NCBI GenBank assembly: GCA_027622665.1
Contig: JAQBYT010000005.1
Location: 1-64,000 of the forward strand
DNA length: 64,000 nucleotides
From: Verrucomicrobiota bacterium
GTDB taxonomy: Bacteria > Verrucomicrobiota > Verrucomicrobiia > Opitutales > Seribacteraceae
Reading direction: 5' to 3'
Position 1 is the stretch's first letter; each line of letters opens with the position of its first letter. Both the position numbers and the translations under genes were made by a program. Shown here piece by piece: positions 38,491 through 48,245 of the stretch. The notes beneath the pieces are model-generated. The model searched no databases and had not been told where the DNA came from. It saw only the letters and a list, made by a program, of their open reading frames with translations.

Positions 38491-39189
38491 ATGAATTGGA
38501 AAAAACGCATATTCGTTGTCGACGATGAGGAAGATCTTACCGACCTTCTGCAATTCCAATTGAAGCGCGAGGGATTCAAAGTGGAGACCGCGAACGATCC
38601 ATTCGTGGCTCTAAGCGTGGCCCGCGACTATGGGCCGGATTTAATCGTGCTGGACGTCATGATGCCCGACTTGGATGGCTACCAACTGCTGCGCATGTTC
38701 CGATCCGACCACCAGTTGACCGATGTTCCCGTGGTCATGCTCACGGCTCGAGCGGGGGTGGAAGACCGGATCAAGGGGCTTGAGAGCGGTGCCGACGATT
38801 ACATGTGCAAGCCATTCGAAACAAAGGAACTGATTCTGCGCATCCGTTCCATTTTGAAACGGAGCAGTGAACAAAACCGAGCTCATTCAGGGCGAATTGC
38901 CATAGGCAACGTCGCCATCGACGAGGAAGACCATTCCGTGAGCATTGGCGGTGTGGAGATTCCCTTTACTGTGACCGAGTTCAAGCTGCTTCAGTTTTTC
39001 CTTAAGCGTAAGGGTAGGGTGCAAACCCGCGAGAACCTCCTTTTGAGCGTTTGGAAGTTCGATGCCGAAGTCGAGACTCGCACCGTAGACGTTCATATTC
39101 GCCGACTGCGGAAAAAGATGGAGACGGCCGACTTAGAGATCGAGACGGTGCGTGGGGTTGGATATCGTTTGGCGGTAAAAGCAAAGTAG
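38491..39189 (+). CDS. phoB: OmpR/PhoB-family response regulator
   Basis: VVDDE, LDVMMP, KPF, RTVDVHIRRLR..IETVRGVGY; phosphate-uptake context. Confidence 0.8.
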   Translation: MNWKKRIFVVDDEEDLTDLLQFQLKREGFKVETANDPFVALSVARDYGPDLIVLDVMMPDLDGYQLLRMFRSDHQLTDVPVVMLTARAGVEDRIKGLESGADDYMCKPFETKELILRIRSILKRSSEQNRAHSGRIAIGNVAIDEEDHSVSIGGVEIPFTVTEFKLLQFFLKRKGRVQTRENLLLSVWKFDAEVETRTVDVHIRRLRKKMETADLEIETVRGVGYRLAVKAK

Positions 39190-39195
39190 ATTGCC

Positions 39196-40038
39196 GTGTA
39201 TGTGGAACCATGGATCTTGTCGGCTGTCCTTCTCGGTTTTGTTTTGGTCTGTTCGGTACTTTGGCGCCGTCGGAGATCCATGGACGGAAAACCTGAAGAG
39301 CAAATTTTAGTTGATATTGGAAACGAGGAACTGAATCCTCACGATAATACCCGCAGGGATTTTGTGGCTAACGTATCGCATGAGTTGCGTACTCCGCTAG
39401 CCATTGTGAAAGGATTCGCGGAAACTCTGGACGACAGCTACGAGGAACTGTCAGGCAAGAAACGGCGAGAATTCATAGGAAAGATTCGAAAAAATTCGGA
39501 TCGTCTTTGCTCCTTGGTCGAGGATCTCCTCCATTTGGCGGAATTGGAGTCTCCTTCGCATGAACTGAGACTCGAACCCGGCAGTCTTTCAGTTGTTGTC
39601 CGTACCGTGGCAGACAGGTTGGGCGAGCGACTAGATCTGAATACCCAAAGAATACGACTGGAGCTTGCCGAGGAACGGAAGCCGATCTCCTTCGATCCCT
39701 TGAAGGTAGAGTGTGTCATCGAGAACCTTTTGAGCAATGCCCTTCGCTATGCCCGCGATTCCTCCGTTATAACTATTCGAACTATTTTTGATGAAGATCC
39801 AAAAGTGATCCGTTGTGAAGTTCAAGACGATGGCTGCGGCATTCCAGAGAAGGACGTTCCCCATCTTTTCGAGCGATTCTATCGTGTCGACAAGGGACGT
39901 TCCCGGGAGAGCGGTGGCACGGGCTTGGGTTTAAGCATCGTGAAGCATATCGTGGAATTGCATGGCGGCGCGGTATCCGTTCGGAGTGAGCTCGGTGAAG
40001 GAACGATCTTCTCCTTTAGCCTGCCCTGCGGTTCCTGA
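39196..40038 (+). CDS. phoR: PhoR-like histidine kinase, compact
   Basis: RRDFVANVSHELRTP, FERFYRVDKGRSRESGGTGLGL. Confidence 0.8.
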   Translation: MYVEPWILSAVLLGFVLVCSVLWRRRRSMDGKPEEQILVDIGNEELNPHDNTRRDFVANVSHELRTPLAIVKGFAETLDDSYEELSGKKRREFIGKIRKNSDRLCSLVEDLLHLAELESPSHELRLEPGSLSVVVRTVADRLGERLDLNTQRIRLELAEERKPISFDPLKVECVIENLLSNALRYARDSSVITIRTIFDEDPKVIRCEVQDDGCGIPEKDVPHLFERFYRVDKGRSRESGGTGLGLSIVKHIVELHGGAVSVRSELGEGTIFSFSLPCGS

Positions 40039-40179
40039 ATTTACTACGCCTCTTCCCTCAATTGGGAAATTGGGAGTGAATCATCTCCTGCATTTGTAAC
40101 GTTTTCTTCGCAAGATCGTAATTTTAATCTGCTATTATAAATGGAAACTTTAAACCATTCACAATCCGATAACAGTAAA

Positions 40180-41298
40180 ATGAACGGAAAAACCATAGCC
40201 ATTCTGCTATCGATCACTTGTTTTGCATCCGCGAGTGGACAGGACGCCAAGAAGTCCGGCTACGACAAAATCTGGAGCAAAGTGGTATGGTATGAGAATG
40301 AAGAGAACGACGTTCTTCAGAAGATTGCATTCACGGGTCGTCTGCAGGGAGACTATCATAGCTTCGATGATGACGCTGGAGGAACATCCGAAAGCGACTA
40401 CGATTGGCGACGTTTTCGAGTTGGCTTCAAAGCCTCTTTTTTTAATAGGCTGACCCTCCATTCGGAGGCCGACATGAACCTCAATGATCCTTCGCCTCTC
40501 TACAAGAAACTTACGGATACCAATCTTTCATGGACCACGGAAGGCGGGGTGAAGATCAAGATGGGAAAGCAATCGGCACCTTTTACTTTGCATGGTTCGA
40601 CGTCATCCAAAAAGCTTTACACTCTCGAAAGAGGTAAGGTTGCAAGTAATATCTGGTTTTCCAACGAATACTATTCCGGGCTTACCGTCTCAGGCAAAAA
40701 AGGTAGCTGGGAGTATTTCACCGGAATCTATTCGAGCGATCTTGGACCGGAGTTCGACGAGGCTTTTGACTACGGTTGCTTTGGTCTTTTTTCCTTGGGA
40801 TACAACTTCAAGGAAAATTTAGAATTGGATAACGCCTTGGTTCGCTTGGATTACGTCAAGCAACAGGAAAATACGGCGAATCCCTCAAAACAGCCTGATC
40901 ACAAGAATATAACTTCATTGGTAACCAAGTTCGAGAAGGATAATTTGCACCTTTGGGCAGACCTAAGCTTTTCCGATGGATATGGCTCCCAAACCGATCT
41001 ATTTGGTCTGCAGTTCATGCCCTTCTACGATATTACCGACAAGACCCAAGCGGTTTTTAGCTACACTTACTTAAAAAGCTCCGGCGGAGACGGTATCAAG
41101 CTAACCAAATACGAGAAGGATTTGTTTAGTGGCAAGGGCAACGAAACCAGTGAAAGCTTTCTCGGACTGAATCACTTCTTCTATGGGCATAAGTTGAAGT
41201 GGCAAAATGGAATCCAATACACTGAAATGGAGACCACCTCGGTTGGCGACAAGTACGATGGCTGGGGGTTTACCTCCGGAATCCGTATCAGTTGGTGA
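40180..41298 (+). CDS. Phosphate-selective porin O/P family protein
   Basis: Signal peptide, GRLQGD, WRRFRVG, TSSKKLYTLER, terminal aromatic residue. Confidence 0.8.
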   Translation: MNGKTIAILLSITCFASASGQDAKKSGYDKIWSKVVWYENEENDVLQKIAFTGRLQGDYHSFDDDAGGTSESDYDWRRFRVGFKASFFNRLTLHSEADMNLNDPSPLYKKLTDTNLSWTTEGGVKIKMGKQSAPFTLHGSTSSKKLYTLERGKVASNIWFSNEYYSGLTVSGKKGSWEYFTGIYSSDLGPEFDEAFDYGCFGLFSLGYNFKENLELDNALVRLDYVKQQENTANPSKQPDHKNITSLVTKFEKDNLHLWADLSFSDGYGSQTDLFGLQFMPFYDITDKTQAVFSYTYLKSSGGDGIKLTKYEKDLFSGKGNETSESFLGLNHFFYGHKLKWQNGIQYTEMETTSVGDKYDGWGFTSGIRISW

Positions 41299-41341
41299 AT
41301 GAAGTATCATTTTACCGAAACATCTAAACCTGGTCTGAAAA

Positions 41342-43174
41342 ATGGAACATATTGACTTTTGGGATTTCTTTGTGGGCTTCCTCTACGTATTGGGGGGGCT
41401 GGGCATCTTCCTATTCGGCATGAGGGTGATGAGCGAAGGCATTCAAAAAGTAGCGGGAGAGGGCATGCGCAGGATTATGGCGACGATGACCCAGAATCGT
41501 TTCTTCGGGCTCATGACGGGATTGACGGTCACCTGCCTCGTGCAATCTTCATCGGCAACGACCGTGATGGTGGTGAGCTTCGTAAATGCTCAGTTGCTCA
41601 CTTTGACCGAGTCAATAGGGGTTATAATGGGAGCGAACCTTGGCACTACGTTGACGGGTTGGATCATTGCGACCGTGGGCAAATTCAGTCTGTCCAAGAT
41701 CGCCCTGCCCATAATTGGAGTGGGCCTTCCCATGATTTTCGCGAGCAAGCCGAGGATAAAAAACTTGGGCGAGGTGCTAGTTGGTTTCGGTTTGCTTTTC
41801 TTTGGCCTTAGCGAACTGAAGGATGCTGTTCCCGACGTTAAAACCTTGCTCAGGAGTACTGAACAGGCAGACAAGTTCCTCGTTCAGGACATACAGGCCT
41901 TGATCGAGCAATTGAACAGTTTCGGGTTCGGATCCGTTCTGATCTTTCTCGGGATAGGCGTAGTCTTGACGCTTCTTGTTCAATCTTCGTCTGCCGCAAT
42001 GGGCATCACGATCATCGTGGCCATTAACGGTTGGATCAATTTCGAGATCGCTGCCGCTATTGTTCTTGGAGAAAACATAGGCACCACCGTTACTGCATGG
42101 CTGGCCTCTTTGGGAGCCAACTTGAACGCTAAGCGCGCGGCTCGTGTCCACTTTCTTTTCAATGTGGCGGGAGTTTGCTGGATGTTGCTCTTGTTTTACC
42201 CGTTTATCGCCATGGTGGACGGGGTCATGCCGGGTTCCATTCACCAAAAAGACGTTACGGCTCAAGAGATAGCGGTTTTTCGCAAAGTGCAATCCTTGGA
42301 AGCTGAGGGCATGGGCGACGAAAACATTAAGAAGGCGATTGTGGATTTGAACATCCCGCTCCACTTATCTTTGTTTCATACCCTCTTTAATCTCTGCAAT
42401 ATCGGTCTCCTGATTGGGTTCTCTCCGCATTTGGGGAGGTTGGCCGTGAAATTGGTGAATCCTCGAACATCTAATGGGAAGGAAGCTGTCCCTGGAAGTC
42501 TCGCCTCGATTCACTATGAGGGTTCGGGTCTGCTGCCCAAGACTGGCGAGCTAAATCTTGCCTTGGTCGAGGCGGAGGTCAATCGGCTTGCCGCCGTAAC
42601 TCGTTACATGTTCGAAGGGTTCGTCGACATATTCGAACACCCCGATGATGACAAGGGTCCGTTTATCAAGGAGCTTATCGAATTGGAGGATAAGTGCGAC
42701 GGACTCGCTTTCGAGATTACCCAAACGCTCATTTACTGCACGACCGAGAGTCTTGCCGGGGAAAGCGCATTGCACGTTACTTCCCTGCTGAGGGTGACTG
42801 CTGAACTGGAGGACATCGGTGACTGTTGCCACCGCTTGGTCCAATTGGCCCACCGGAAATACCGTAAGCAGCGTATTCTGCCCGAGGAAACCAAGAAGGA
42901 AATAAAGATTTTCTCGGAACAGATTCTTGACTTCATGGAGCTTTACCAGACCCACTTGAAGGACAATAGCATTCTTCCGGATATGGCCGAGGCTGAGCAA
43001 ATCGAGCAGCGCATCGACGCTTCCAGGAAGATGCTTCGCAAGGGTGCCGTTAAGCGAATGAAGGAATCGGAGAACGTGAAGGCGGAAATGATCTACGTGG
43101 ACATCCTCAACGAGATGGAGAGAATCGGCAACGACGCCCTAAACATCGTTCAAGCCCTCAACCACGTGGTCTGA
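41342..43174 (+). CDS. Na+/Pi cotransporter family protein with PhoU-like C-terminus
   Basis: Two QSSS motifs, GANLGTT/GENIGTT, ELEDIGD and EMERIGN. Confidence 0.93.
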   Translation: MEHIDFWDFFVGFLYVLGGLGIFLFGMRVMSEGIQKVAGEGMRRIMATMTQNRFFGLMTGLTVTCLVQSSSATTVMVVSFVNAQLLTLTESIGVIMGANLGTTLTGWIIATVGKFSLSKIALPIIGVGLPMIFASKPRIKNLGEVLVGFGLLFFGLSELKDAVPDVKTLLRSTEQADKFLVQDIQALIEQLNSFGFGSVLIFLGIGVVLTLLVQSSSAAMGITIIVAINGWINFEIAAAIVLGENIGTTVTAWLASLGANLNAKRAARVHFLFNVAGVCWMLLLFYPFIAMVDGVMPGSIHQKDVTAQEIAVFRKVQSLEAEGMGDENIKKAIVDLNIPLHLSLFHTLFNLCNIGLLIGFSPHLGRLAVKLVNPRTSNGKEAVPGSLASIHYEGSGLLPKTGELNLALVEAEVNRLAAVTRYMFEGFVDIFEHPDDDKGPFIKELIELEDKCDGLAFEITQTLIYCTTESLAGESALHVTSLLRVTAELEDIGDCCHRLVQLAHRKYRKQRILPEETKKEIKIFSEQILDFMELYQTHLKDNSILPDMAEAEQIEQRIDASRKMLRKGAVKRMKESENVKAEMIYVDILNEMERIGNDALNIVQALNHVV

Positions 43175-43204
43175 CTCTGCCGCCGGTTTCCGTTTGGCAA
43201 AGCC

Positions 43205-43627
43205 TTATACGGTCGATTGCACCCACTGCTCGACTCTGTATCTGATGAGATCGCGGATTTCGCGGGTCCGCTCCAATTTTTCTTCCTCCGCGACTTGCAA
43301 GGTAGAGGGATCAGGGAATCCCCAATGCAATCGCTTGACTGCCTCCGGGAAGGTCGGGCATCTTTCCGCGGATGTCTCGTCGCAGACGGTTATTACATAG
43401 GTGAACTCTTGGGCCCGGCGAATAAAATGCTCGACGGAGTCGCAAGTGTTCTTCGAAATATCCAAACCCACTTCTTGCATGGCTTCGACGACGATGGGGT
43501 TCAGTTTGCCTGGCTCGATGCCTGCGCTTTCGGCTTCGAATCTTCCCTTGCCGAATTGATTGAGGAAAGCTTCCGCCATTTGTGAACGAGCACTGTTGTG
43601 AATGCATACGAATAAAACCTTTTGCAT
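43205..43627 (-). CDS. arsC: Arsenate reductase, LMW-PTP/thioredoxin type
   Basis: VLFVCIHNSARSQMAE, TVCD..RCPTFP, HWGFPDP. Confidence 0.9.
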   Translation of the reverse strand: MQKVLFVCIHNSARSQMAEAFLNQFGKGRFEAESAGIEPGKLNPIVVEAMQEVGLDISKNTCDSVEHFIRRAQEFTYVITVCDETSAERCPTFPEAVKRLHWGFPDPSTLQVAEEEKLERTREIRDLIRYRVEQWVQSTV

Positions 43628-43785
43628 CCTCATATACCAAAGCCTACTTATCTGAATGGTCAAGCCATGGAGATTGAGTATTGTGGTGGTAGTCTGTAAC
43701 TAATCCGTCTTTTTGAGGATCATATAAGCGATAAATCAAAAGTTTTGTTTCATCCGGCTTGCCACGATGAGCCTATATCGTTGCG

Positions 43786-44484
43786 ATGTTAGATGAAATT
43801 ATGCCCTTTCTGGAAGTCAGTCACTTACGCAAGAGCTTTGTTTCGCCTGATGGCGGGAAGTCTCTCGTTGTGGACGTAGAAAGTTTTTCCCTGACTGCCG
43901 GAGATCTCTTCGGCATGCGGGGCGAGAGTGGTTCGGGCAAGACGACGTTCCTTCATCTTTTGGCGGGTATACTTCGACCGGACGAGGGATCCGTCATTAT
44001 AGACGGGACCGAAGTGTCCGAATTGAACGAGGCCGCCCGCGATCACCTCCGGGCTTCTGCAATCGGTTACGTCTTCCAGTCTTTCAACCTTCTTCAGGGT
44101 TTTACCTGTCTCGAAAACATCATGCTCGCCATGTCCTTTGCCGGGAAGGTGGACGAGACTCGAGCCAAAGAGTTGCTCGATAGGGTAGGCCTTTCTCACC
44201 GTTTGGCTCATTATCCCCGTCAGCTTTCCATTGGGCAGCAGCAACGCGTGGCCCTCGCTCGGGCCTTGGCTAATCGTCCCAAGTTGGTATTGGCCGACGA
44301 GCCAACGGGCAACCTCGATCCCGGCAATGCTCGCAAGGCCCTCGCTCTCCTCCGAGAACTTTGCTCCGATGCCGGGTCGGCTCTCCTCCTCGTTAGTCAC
44401 GATGAGAACGTGATTGGCGGTTTTGAAGAAAATCTTGATTGGAGTGACCTCAACCGAGCCTTCGCCGAGGCGATGAACGATTGA
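43786..44484 (+). CDS. ABC transporter ATP-binding protein (LolD/MacB-like)
   Basis: [25 protein letters not shown]. Confidence 0.92.
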   Translation: MLDEIMPFLEVSHLRKSFVSPDGGKSLVVDVESFSLTAGDLFGMRGESGSGKTTFLHLLAGILRPDEGSVIIDGTEVSELNEAARDHLRASAIGYVFQSFNLLQGFTCLENIMLAMSFAGKVDETRAKELLDRVGLSHRLAHYPRQLSIGQQQRVALARALANRPKLVLADEPTGNLDPGNARKALALLRELCSDAGSALLLVSHDENVIGGFEENLDWSDLNRAFAEAMND

Positions 44485-44488
44485 ACCG

Positions 44489-45709
44489 ATGTTGCGCTCC
44501 GGTCCATGGGTAATCCTCTTCCTTGCGATCCGCGGGTTGCGGCAATATGCCTTTTCCACGGCAGTGGCATCTCTTGCGATTGCCTTGGCGGGTGGCCTGT
44601 TTCTTGGAACTTGGAAAATCAAGGAGGAAGCTAAAAACGCTTTTTCTCGTTCTTCGGGTGGCTACGATGCCGTCCTCGGGCCAAGAGGTTCCAAGCTGCA
44701 ACTCGTACTCAACGGCCTTTTTCATCTCGAGGCCTCGCCTGGTAATCTTTCATGGGAACAGTATGAAATCATTCGTGATACTCGAGGCGTAAGCGAAGCC
44801 TACCCAATCGCCGTGGGTGACAACTATCTAGGCTTTCGTCTTGTCGGAACGCTTGCCGAGATGTTTGAAAAGCACGAATGGCGAAAAGATCGGAAATACG
44901 TTGTAGAATCAGGCGGTCGGCTTTTTACCGACAATGCGAAAGAAGCTCTTGTCGGAGCCTTTGTCGCTCGTAAGCTTGGATTGAAGGTGGGCGACAACTT
45001 TCATCCCTATCACGGTCTCACCTTCAAGGAAGAGGCGAAGCACAAGGATCTCTATGTCGTTGTCGGCATACTCGAGGCTACCGGTACCCCTGGCGACAAG
45101 GTTATATGGATTCCGATCAAGGGTATCCAGCTTATGGATGGGCATAACCCAAAGACCGCTACCGATGTCAGTGCCGTTCTTCTTAACCTCAAGGGTGCTG
45201 CCGGCTTCATGCTGGATATGAAGTACAACAAGCAAGGCAATGTAGCCACACTCGCTTGGCCTGTTGCGGGCACCCTTGCTAGTTTCTTCGAGCGACTCGT
45301 TTGGTTTCAGCGTGTGCTTGAGATTATAGCCTATCTTGTCGCCTTTGTGGCGGCCTGCGTCATTCTAGCTATTTTGCGAAACGCCATGAACGAGCGTCGG
45401 CGAGAGATCGCCATTTTGCGTAGTCTCGGCGCTCGGCGCTCTACGGTCACGGCGGTCGTTCTCGCCCAGGCCGGACTGATTACTCTGCTTGGGGTAGTGG
45501 GCGCCGCCTTCGCCTATTTGGGTATCGGCTTTCTCGCGGCTTCCGTGATACGCGAGCAAACGGGCGTGCTTCTCGAGCCTTTCACCTATGACCCGAGCTT
45601 CTTTTACGTTCCAATAGGTATGCTTGCCGTTGGGTTGTTAAGCGGTTTGTTGCCTTCTCTCCAAGCTTACCGGTCCGATGTAGCCAAGAACCTCGTCCAG
45701 CAGTCTTGA
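44489..45709 (+). CDS. ABC transporter permease (FtsX/MacB-like)
   Basis: GSKLQLVLNGLFH, PIAVGDNY, ERRREIAILRSLGA. Confidence 0.9.
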   Translation: MLRSGPWVILFLAIRGLRQYAFSTAVASLAIALAGGLFLGTWKIKEEAKNAFSRSSGGYDAVLGPRGSKLQLVLNGLFHLEASPGNLSWEQYEIIRDTRGVSEAYPIAVGDNYLGFRLVGTLAEMFEKHEWRKDRKYVVESGGRLFTDNAKEALVGAFVARKLGLKVGDNFHPYHGLTFKEEAKHKDLYVVVGILEATGTPGDKVIWIPIKGIQLMDGHNPKTATDVSAVLLNLKGAAGFMLDMKYNKQGNVATLAWPVAGTLASFFERLVWFQRVLEIIAYLVAFVAACVILAILRNAMNERRREIAILRSLGARRSTVTAVVLAQAGLITLLGVVGAAFAYLGIGFLAASVIREQTGVLLEPFTYDPSFFYVPIGMLAVGLLSGLLPSLQAYRSDVAKNLVQQS

Positions 45710-45841
45710 ATAAGTGAAGTCAGTGAAAGTCCTTTAAGGCTATATTGTTCTAAGTGGTAGATGCTTTGCACCGCCCGATGCTTGCAATAAAGCCTCAAGT
45801 TCGATTAACTCTTCTACTTTGTGCATCACTTTGATTTTTCC

Positions 45842-46426
45842 GTGAAGACTTATTTTAAAGCATTCTATTGGAGATTGTTTTCGATCTCCGGACTTGCCTT
45901 TTTCTTGGGTGCTTGCGGCGCCGAGGACGGATTTGTGGATGAAGGGAAGAATGCCTCTCCATCGTCCCAACAGGATTACCTTCCCGAAATTGCCCGACCA
46001 TCCTTCCCCAAAGTCAATTTCGGAGTCCTTACGGGTTTTCGGTATAATGTGAATTGGGACACCGATGGCAGGAGTCCCGACCAAGCCGCCTTTGCGCGCC
46101 GCGTACCTTCTGCTGCCCGCAGCCTGCATGGTCGTCGGGTCTCTGTGGAAGGCTATATGATTCCCGTGACCCTTGTCGAAAATGATTCCAAGACTACCGA
46201 GTTTCTTTTGCTCCCCGACACCAAGGCATGTTGCGAAGGAAAGACCCCAAAGCAAAACGGTTGGATCCTCGTGAGTACTCCGCCCTTTGGCGAAAAGCCA
46301 CAAATAGACAAACTTTTGCGCGTCACCGGCGAATTCACAGTCAAGGAAAGGTGGAGCCCTGCAGACGGTTTCTTCAAGGGTCTGTATCATATGACTTGCG
46401 AAACGCTCGCTCCCGTTGCCTTATAA
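45842..46426 (+). CDS. DUF3299-like lipoprotein
   Basis: Lipobox LGAC; VEGYMIP, EFLLLP..CC; start uncertain (45821 or 45842). Confidence 0.75.
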   Translation: MKTYFKAFYWRLFSISGLAFFLGACGAEDGFVDEGKNASPSSQQDYLPEIARPSFPKVNFGVLTGFRYNVNWDTDGRSPDQAAFARRVPSAARSLHGRRVSVEGYMIPVTLVENDSKTTEFLLLPDTKACCEGKTPKQNGWILVSTPPFGEKPQIDKLLRVTGEFTVKERWSPADGFFKGLYHMTCETLAPVAL

Positions 46427-46449
46427 CTGGAGTAACCGGAATTTTGAAA

Positions 46450-47280
46450 ATGAAGCCCTCAATAACCCTTACCGTTTTTATAACCTGTGGGTTCTTCCTC
46501 ATCAGTGGTTGTGGCGATGACGCTGGCGAAAATCATGCATCAGGCCCGCCACCAAAAGGGGATCCTATTGTCGGCGAACCGATTCAGGACGCTAAGGGAA
46601 ATTCAACTATTGCGGAAACCGAGGGTTTGCTTGGCCCAAAAGATAATCCCTCAAACACGAAGCCTTCACTTCCTGTTGAAGGTGAAGAGGTATCGGTCGT
46701 GGAAGGTGAAATTGCGAGTGTCGGAACGCCCGACGACCCTTTCGTTGCCCCCAAGGAAAAGGAAATCGTAGAACTGCCTTTCCCTCCTGGTTCGGACGCT
46801 AACGCTTCTACTGTCAATATTCCGGAACCAGTGGTTTCCCTCCTGCCCCCCTTGCCTAAGGGAAGCGGTTACGCTCCTCTAAGTTTTGCCAGTATGTCGA
46901 AGTTTGCCTACGAGGTCGACTGGGAACAGGACGGCATTAAATTTGACATCTCGGCCTTTGCTCGTCGCGTACCCGTTACGGTCCGTCAAATGGATGGGCT
47001 AGATGCAGCCGTTGAGGGCTTTATGATCCCCACAGTAGTCAACGAAGACAATAAGGTCACCGAGTTCTTGCTACTCCCCGACCAAATGAGTTGCTGTTTT
47101 GGCAAAGCTCCCGAGGCCAACGGTTGGGTTGTCGTGACGGCACCCAAGGGAGTTGAAATCATGATGGACAGGATTATTCGAGTGACCGGCACCATGGCCG
47201 TGGAGGAAAAGTGGGACGAAGAGTTCTTTGTAGGTCTCTACCATTTGACCTGCGACAAGATTACGGGCCCGGCGCTCTAA
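46450..47280 (+). CDS. DUF3299-like lipoprotein with Pro-rich linker
   Basis: Lipobox ISGC; VEGFMIP, EFLLLPDQMSCCFG. Confidence 0.8.
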   Translation: MKPSITLTVFITCGFFLISGCGDDAGENHASGPPPKGDPIVGEPIQDAKGNSTIAETEGLLGPKDNPSNTKPSLPVEGEEVSVVEGEIASVGTPDDPFVAPKEKEIVELPFPPGSDANASTVNIPEPVVSLLPPLPKGSGYAPLSFASMSKFAYEVDWEQDGIKFDISAFARRVPVTVRQMDGLDAAVEGFMIPTVVNEDNKVTEFLLLPDQMSCCFGKAPEANGWVVVTAPKGVEIMMDRIIRVTGTMAVEEKWDEEFFVGLYHLTCDKITGPAL

Positions 47281-47289
47281 CTCTTGCCA

Positions 47290-47568
47290 TCATCCGCCTG
47301 ACATCGGGGTGATCAAAATTACCTCCGATTCGTCTTCTAGCGAAACATCGGCCCTAAGGTCGACTTGGGTGCCATTTACGGCTACGACCAAGGTCGGTAC
47401 TGGATTCCCGTCTTCATTCACAACGAATTTCGAAAATTCGGGACCATGCTGCTCGGAAAGATTTCTAAGTAAATCCACAAGCCCTACTCCATCGGCGAGC
47501 TCGATGCCTTCCTCGGAGGTTCCTGCAGCAGCAGCAAGCTGCGAAGTATAGCGAAGTGCGATTTTCAT
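47290..47568 (-). CDS. MoaD/ThiS-family ubiquitin-like sulfur carrier
   Basis: 92 aa, VAVNG, C-terminal PMSGG. Confidence 0.9.
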   Translation of the reverse strand: MKIALRYTSQLAAAAGTSEEGIELADGVGLVDLLRNLSEQHGPEFSKFVVNEDGNPVPTLVVAVNGTQVDLRADVSLEDESEVILITPMSGG

Positions 47569-48245
47569 GATACGCTTTCGGCGATACTTCCTTTCTCCAT
47601 CCGAATGGAACGGGATGCCCGTCCCGCCGCGCGTTTGTCGTGCGTGACCATGAGCACCGTGCCTCCTTCCTTAGCGAAGCCGGCAAGGTGATCAAGGATC
47701 GAATCGGCATTCTCGGGATCGAGATTGCCGGTCGGTTCGTCGGCCAACAAAAGTTGGGGTTCGAGAAGCAACGCTCGGGCGAGCGCTACTCGCTGCTGTT
47801 CGCCTACGCTTAAGCTGGATGGCACATGGTGTCGGCGATCGGTTAGGCCAAACTTTTCAAGTAAAGCCTTCGCCTTGTCTTCTGCTCCGGGAAGGGCTCG
47901 AGCTAGGGTGGGGGCGAGCACGTTGTCCAATGCGTCAAGGTAGGGGACGAGATGAAATTGTTGAAAGACAAAGCCGATGTGTTTCGCCCGGATGCTTGCT
48001 CTCCTTGCGGCGTCTATTTCGTAGGGCCGAGTTCCCATGATTTCCACTTCCCCTTGATCGGGTCTCAACAATCCTCCCGCGATCAAAAGAATGGTCGATT
48101 TTCCGCAACCACTGGGCCCGCCCAGAGCTACGAATTCGCCCGACGCGATCTCTAGACTCATGTCGTTCACTGCCGCTACGGACGTGCCTTTTGGCCCCGC
48201 AAACGTCTTGTGAACATTTGTCGCTCTCAGAGTAAAGTCACTCAT
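47565..48245 (-). CDS. ABC transporter ATP-binding protein (LolD/MacB-like)
   Basis: [25 protein letters not shown]. Confidence 0.92.
   Translation of the reverse strand: MSDFTLRATNVHKTFAGPKGTSVAAVNDMSLEIASGEFVALGGPSGCGKSTILLIAGGLLRPDQGEVEIMGTRPYEIDAARRASIRAKHIGFVFQQFHLVPYLDALDNVLAPTLARALPGAEDKAKALLEKFGLTDRRHHVPSSLSVGEQQRVALARALLLEPQLLLADEPTGNLDPENADSILDHLAGFAKEGGTVLMVTHDKRAAGRASRSIRMEKGSIAESVS

Noticed and set aside
43825..44622. 265-aa minus-strand ORF
   Set aside because: Antisense to the ABC ATPase
31267..47568. Canonical molybdenum cofactor biosynthesis cluster
   Set aside because: No moaA, moaC, moaE, moeA or mogA in the window; they could lie elsewhere in the genome
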